The notes beneath the pieces were generated by a model that saw only the letters and a program-made list of their open reading frames with translations, made no database searches and had not been told where the DNA came from. Below are positions 59,311-64,000 of a stretch of 64,000 bases of DNA, piece after piece (the stretch's first letter is position 1; every line of letters begins with the position of its first letter). The position numbers and the translations under genes were made by a program. The DNA is taken from assembly GCA_963674965.2 (NCBI GenBank), contig CAXXFL010000001.1:1024001-1088000 (forward strand), given 5' to 3'. Source of the DNA: a bacterium. Its GTDB lineage: Bacteria > RBG-13-61-14 > DATKZS01.

Positions 59311-60692
59311 TCCGGTCCGGCCCCAAACCCGAAAAGACCGTCGCCGGCGATGATCGCGGCCGAGCCTTGCCAGGGCTGGCTCCGGGCTATCTCCAGCTCT
59401 TCCTCCTCGATGGCCACCAGCTCGTCAAGCTCCCCCGACTTCCACATCTTCTCCAGGGTCAGGCAGTCGTTCCATAAGCGGCCGCCGTACCTGGCCAGGG
59501 CCTCGAGGTGGCCGGGCGTGAGCAGCCTCGGCCGAAGGGCCGTTTTAATGGGCCCGAGAAGGTAAGTGAATTTCCTCTCCATGGCCATCTTGTTCTGCAT
59601 ATCGAGAATATCCGCCAGGTCTCCCGCCTCCATGGAAAGGATGGCGTCATTTATTCTTTTCGAGGCCTGCCCCGCGGACTCATTGCTTTTGATCACGGCG
59701 ATGGGCTGCATGCCGCCGCCGCTGCCCACGTTGGTGGGCACGTCGCCGAAGCGGCCCAGGAAACCCATCAGCCCCTCCTGCCCGATAAAACAACGAAAGT
59801 CAGTCTGGTAGCGTCTGATCCGGATTTTCGACTTGTCCTCCGTCAGCTCGGGAAGGTCCTCGGCCCACTTATCGAGGGGTACCTTGGACTGCACGATATA
59901 GTCGCCCTTCTCGAGCGCCAGCTTGACCGCCTCGTCCGCGTCCGGGTTTACGCCCCCCACCTTGACGCCCATGCCCGAGTAGCCGCGCTCGGGCTTTAAG
60001 ACCAGGTCGTCCCAGTTGGCGCGGGTCCACTCGATAAGGTCCTTTATCTCCTCGCCGGCGGGACCGTCGGTCGAGCGCGCAAAAAACCGCCTGGTCCAGG
60101 GCGTCCGCCTTACGATCTCCTCGCTGAAGCGGCCCTTTAACGGACCGGTCAGGACCTCGAACATGCTCTTCACGTTAATGGGCTCGGTCCCCCTCGGATT
60201 GATTACCCTGCCCTCACGGACGGCTTGAAGGAGTGGGGAAAGATTCATTTTACGATGGAGCCGGAGAAGGACGTCAGTGTTGAAATCCATGAATATCACC
60301 GACACGGGTTGTCCCTTATAGCTGACCCGCCCATTATCCAACTCGAGCCAGTGAGGCGCCATGAGCGCGCCCGAGACTCCGTCCATATTGTCGAGCCTGG
60401 CCGCCAGGTTGGCGTTCTCGGTCACGTCCTCGAGGGTCTCCTCCTCCGCCACCACCGCGATCAGGCCAGGGTTCGAGCCGGACCTCTCGCGATGGGCCGC
60501 CAGAAGACGCTCGGAAAACTCGATCACCGGCGACATGTAGGGATGGTCGAAATCCAGCTCAACGCCGACGGGCCTCACCTCGTTTACCCTTTTCCACACC
60601 GCCTTGCCCAACTCCTGCGTAACCCGCTGGTAGTCCCAACCACCCGGGCTGCCCAGGTTCCACTCCGAATGATATCCCGTGAAATCTTCCAT
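59307..60692 (-). CDS. Permuted ATP-grasp amide/peptide ligase (glutathione synthetase / GspS-like)
   Basis: VINP..KSMFEVL, PWTR, LVLKPERGYSGMGVKVG, YIVQ, DFR, GRF...TNVGSGGG. GGAG RBS before ATG 60692. Confidence 0.78.
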   Translation of the reverse strand: MEDFTGYHSEWNLGSPGGWDYQRVTQELGKAVWKRVNEVRPVGVELDFDHPYMSPVIEFSERLLAAHRERSGSNPGLIAVVAEEETLEDVTENANLAARLDNMDGVSGALMAPHWLELDNGRVSYKGQPVSVIFMDFNTDVLLRLHRKMNLSPLLQAVREGRVINPRGTEPINVKSMFEVLTGPLKGRFSEEIVRRTPWTRRFFARSTDGPAGEEIKDLIEWTRANWDDLVLKPERGYSGMGVKVGGVNPDADEAVKLALEKGDYIVQSKVPLDKWAEDLPELTEDKSKIRIRRYQTDFRCFIGQEGLMGFLGRFGDVPTNVGSGGGMQPIAVIKSNESAGQASKRINDAILSMEAGDLADILDMQNKMAMERKFTYLLGPIKTALRPRLLTPGHLEALARYGGRLWNDCLTLEKMWKSGELDELVAIEEEELEIARSQPWQGSAAIIAGDGLFGFGAGPE

Positions 60693-60771
60693 TCTTTTAC
60701 TCCGACTTAATATCAATATTCACTTACTATTACTACTTCCCAATTGTCTGGAAAGACGCCGAGTTTATTAT

Positions 60772-61734
60772 TCACCAAATAGATGGCTGCAATTCCTCTT
60801 GGACATTACCTGGAAGACCATTAATATTCATGTCCAGTGCTTTCAAAATATCGATGAAATAATCGGGATAAAAACATCTTACTGCTTTTGTATCCACGGT
60901 ATTGATGTTTTTTTCGATAATCTTTTTGCCTTTGGATTGTTCTTTTAATTTTTCCCATTCCATTTTTCTTATGTTATCATTCATGATCAGCGTGGTCTCG
61001 CATTTCGCGTTTTCCTTGTCCAAATAATTACCAGTAAGGCATCTGATATTTATCTCATTACCGCACTGTATAATCATGGCGCTATATTCACAGCCCTTAT
61101 CACATTTGCTTCTTTCAGATTGTCTGTCTTTTTCAAGATCATCTATCATGTCAAACGATTTAAGTATATCTTTTGTGTATAATTCCTGAGTGGTAAAATC
61201 CGAAGATTTAAATCTTGTAGTGGAGGGGTATTCCTCTAGGTAATCCTTTAACAACTTATCTGGCAATTTAACTCCAGATGACGTGATATGTATTCGATGA
61301 ACGCCGGAAATCCAGTAAATCTCTTCCAGTGAACCTTGGGTGTGATACAAGCAATCATTGTTTTGTATTGTCTTTGGTTCCCAAGAATCACGACACCAGT
61401 AAAGCTCAAATAGTATATCATGTTTAATGTAATCATCGCAAGAATACTTTCTAATCTCAATTTTAATGTATCGAATTTTTTGGTCGATATTTTTTTCGTA
61501 CATAACGTTGCATTGCAAGTCAACGTTATAATTTGAATATTTGTGATAATAATCGTCGCCAATCGTGTTGCATTTTGCCGGGTTGATGTTTTCATAATCA
61601 CCGTATTTCTTATCGATAATATATTTTTCTACTTCATTCTCGGCAAACATCTTTATTGGCCAGCAATATAAGAGAAAGATAATAAAAGGCAGAATGATGG
61701 CCGCCAATTTGGTCATTTTGACATTCATGTTCAT
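60772..61734 (-). CDS. AT-rich, Cys-rich secreted hypothetical protein
   Basis: N-terminal hydrophobic signal, about 10 Cys, markedly lower GC than its neighbours, RBS AGGAG. Confidence 0.65.
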   Translation of the reverse strand: MNMNVKMTKLAAIILPFIIFLLYCWPIKMFAENEVEKYIIDKKYGDYENINPAKCNTIGDDYYHKYSNYNVDLQCNVMYEKNIDQKIRYIKIEIRKYSCDDYIKHDILFELYWCRDSWEPKTIQNNDCLYHTQGSLEEIYWISGVHRIHITSSGVKLPDKLLKDYLEEYPSTTRFKSSDFTTQELYTKDILKSFDMIDDLEKDRQSERSKCDKGCEYSAMIIQCGNEINIRCLTGNYLDKENAKCETTLIMNDNIRKMEWEKLKEQSKGKKIIEKNINTVDTKAVRCFYPDYFIDILKALDMNINGLPGNVQEELQPSIW

Positions 61735-61758
61735 TGAACTCCTTCTTTTGCCGCTATT

Positions 61759-63330
61759 TCAAGTCTCATCTTCCGAAAATTTACCCAACAATTCCGCAAA
61801 GTCCGGCTCTCCCATGGTCATGACCTCTTTGGTAAATCCGGCCAGGTCCATTCCGCTTTTGGCGAATATGTCCTCGAACCTTCGGAGGCCCAAAGTGTAA
61901 CATACCTGGTAAGCCGGTTTCAACGCGTACCTCCTGGCCGAGGCCATGGCCCGGGCGGGCGTCATGCCCATGGAAAGGAGCATCCCGGCCGCCGCGTCCA
62001 TTTCCATTTTTCGGCACTGGAGGCCGACGTCGATCCTTCCCCTTACCGCCCGCCACAGGTGTCTTTTATTGAGCAAAAGCGAGTCGCCCGGCGCGTCGTA
62101 ATAACCCGCCATATCCATGATCGTCTCGGCGAAACAGGCCCATCCCTCGTAGAACATGGGATGCTCGATATGGCGTCGGACCTCTCGGGGGTTGTTCCAT
62201 CTATGAAGGTCTAAAAGATGGTGGCCGGGCCAGGTCTCGTGCGCCGCCAGCATCCTATAATCCTTTTGAATCAGATTCTTAGCCTCGCCGAGCGACTCGG
62301 AGGCCAAAACGTAAAAAGTTCCCCCCGAGGCCGGATGACCCGGCGGCATGCCGTAAGCCGCCGCGCTCCTTATCGCCGACAAAAAAGAAGGGACAGGAGC
62401 TACGGTTACGGGATTGGCCAGATGATCCTCTTTGGACACAAGGCCAAGATCGAGGCATTTTATTCCTAAGCGCCTGACTTCCTTACCGAAATGCCCCATC
62501 ATCCCATCTCGGGGCAAAGATGGGCCGGGAAGCGACTCGATGGCTTCCTTCCATCCATGGCCTGGGAAATTCTTTTGGGAAGCGGAAGATAGTACCTCGG
62601 ATATCCTCGCGATCTCCGAGTCGAAATAATCCTCAAGTTCACCCACGCCCATATGACAACGCATGTGGTTTTTGTAAACCCGGTCAGGCACTTCCTCATC
62701 CAGCCTGAAGCTCGGAACAACCTCGAGCTTTGCAAGGCCCCGCCTGAAATCCTCCAAGGCCGCGCCCGCTTCCTTTACTTCCGGCCGAGCCTTGGCTAAT
62801 GAGACAAGCCACTCGATAACGTCATCGGCCATGTCAAGGCCCAGCTCGAGAAACATCCTCGGGACCGGCCCCAGGCAATCGATGGCCCTCTCCAGGAAAG
62901 CCGGCGCTCCCATAAGGCGGCGCGAGAAAGCCTCCGGGTCGTTCGCCTCGATGGCCTCGGCCAGGCCCAGACTGAGGACGGTCAAATGAAAAGTGGGCTG
63001 GGACTTATGTGGCCCCACGAGGGTAAGCTGCTCCCGAAGAGTCGAGAAACATTCGGCTACGAGCCTTATATCCGCCCGGTCTTCAAGTGAGGCATGAGGG
63101 AAGGAAGCCTGGATGGCGGCCTCCCACTCCTTCAACTTAGCGGCAGTCTCCGCAATGGAGCCGGAAGAGAAATCGTCCCACTTTGACCAGTCGGCGTCAA
63201 TCAGTTTTAATTGAGGGAAATAATTGAACTCGTCCGATTGGCAGCAAACGGGAAAGCGCCTTGCCAATTCGCTCGTGGCCTTGCCCGCTATCCTTTCGAA
63301 ATCACTGCCTATTTTATCTTGATCCGACAT
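61759..63330 (-). CDS. DUF885 family protein (zincin-like)
   Basis: HETWPGHHL, FYEGWACFAE, LWRAVRGRIDVGL, RRY..P.YQVCYTLG. Confidence 0.85.
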   Translation of the reverse strand: MSDQDKIGSDFERIAGKATSELARRFPVCCQSDEFNYFPQLKLIDADWSKWDDFSSGSIAETAAKLKEWEAAIQASFPHASLEDRADIRLVAECFSTLREQLTLVGPHKSQPTFHLTVLSLGLAEAIEANDPEAFSRRLMGAPAFLERAIDCLGPVPRMFLELGLDMADDVIEWLVSLAKARPEVKEAGAALEDFRRGLAKLEVVPSFRLDEEVPDRVYKNHMRCHMGVGELEDYFDSEIARISEVLSSASQKNFPGHGWKEAIESLPGPSLPRDGMMGHFGKEVRRLGIKCLDLGLVSKEDHLANPVTVAPVPSFLSAIRSAAAYGMPPGHPASGGTFYVLASESLGEAKNLIQKDYRMLAAHETWPGHHLLDLHRWNNPREVRRHIEHPMFYEGWACFAETIMDMAGYYDAPGDSLLLNKRHLWRAVRGRIDVGLQCRKMEMDAAAGMLLSMGMTPARAMASARRYALKPAYQVCYTLGLRRFEDIFAKSGMDLAGFTKEVMTMGEPDFAELLGKFSEDET

Positions 63331-63354
63331 TAAAGGATCGGCCGGCCGGGCGCC

Positions 63355-64000
63355 CTATTCCGCCTTTGCCAGGTCGGAGACTATTGCAACCAGCGGCTCG
63401 GCGCCGGTCCTTTCAAGGGTCTTGCCCAAGCGCTCGCCCCGTTTCGAGTTCTCCTTGTAAAACTCGACAACTCTGCGGACGGCCTCGATGGCCTCCTCAT
63501 CGCCCAGCCCCTTGATTATCTCGCTCGCGTGGCGAGGACGGGAACCGGCGTTGCCGCCGGCCGTGAGTATCCATTTGGATTTGCCCTGGGCGAAAAGCCC
63601 GATGTCGCGGGACCAGCCCTCCGGGCAGTTTATAGGACATCCGGCCACGGCTATCTTCATCTTGTTGGTAAGCTGCATGCCGTGATAAATGGCGTCCAGC
63701 TTCAGCCCGAGGGCCAGGGAGTCCCGCTGCCCCAGCTTGCACCAGTTATTGCCCGGACAGGCCCGGACGCTTCTGACGCACAGGCCGGTGAGGTTTCCCG
63801 GGTTCATCCCCAAATCTTGCCAGATCGAGTCCAGGTCCTCCTCCTTCACGCCGTAAAGCGCTATACGATAGGCGCTGGTTATCTTGATCAGCTTGACGTC
63901 GTATTTTTCCGCCGCGTCGGCTATTTTCCGGAGCAGGTCCGGCGTGATTATTCCCACGGGGGTATGGGGAGCGATGGCGTAGGTCGTTTTATCTATCTGT
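63355..64000 (-). CDS. Small nitrite/sulfite-reductase-like siroheme-[4Fe-4S] protein (5' end off the window)
   Basis: QIDKTTYAIAPHTPVG, KITS..RI, C-PGNNW-C, KMKIAVAGCPINC, GERLGK. Confidence 0.88.
   Translation of the reverse strand, partial: QIDKTTYAIAPHTPVGIITPDLLRKIADAAEKYDVKLIKITSAYRIALYGVKEEDLDSIWQDLGMNPGNLTGLCVRSVRACPGNNWCKLGQRDSLALGLKLDAIYHGMQLTNKMKIAVAGCPINCPEGWSRDIGLFAQGKSKWILTAGGNAGSRPRHASEIIKGLGDEEAIEAVRRVVEFYKENSKRGERLGKTLERTGAEPLVAIVSDLAKAE

Overview
GC-rich bacterial chromosomal window, most consistent with a Gram-negative anaerobe of deltaproteobacterial type (lpxC, sigma54 activator, TonB, selenocysteine-recoded selD, DUF1844, amphi-Trp). The taxonomy is an inference. Housekeeping and envelope genes include an archaeal-type thyA, serS, lpxC, a short hemA, degP, emrAB, clc, tRNA-Gly/tRNA-Cys and an L,D-transpeptidase. 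Mobile DNA includes three copies of a 186-bp MITE enclosing a REP-like doublet, one interrupted in its hairpin loop by an intact IS481-family element. A second family of GGGGAC-type repeats brackets a YfhO-like gene. The main points of interest are: (1) a cobalamin-riboswitch operon with a BtuB-like receptor, a fibre-anchor/beta-propeller chimera and a ~1325-aa modular protein with a BtuH-like domain; (2) a minus-strand operon built on an ATP-grasp ligase that appears to have a new circular permutation, together with a methyltransferase, a DUF885 zincin, two GST-kappa/DsbA proteins and a small siroheme reductase; (3) a PspF-like activator with an atypical receiver domain, divergent from an NfeD-like/flotillin pair. 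All family calls come from motif recognition by eye; no searches were run.
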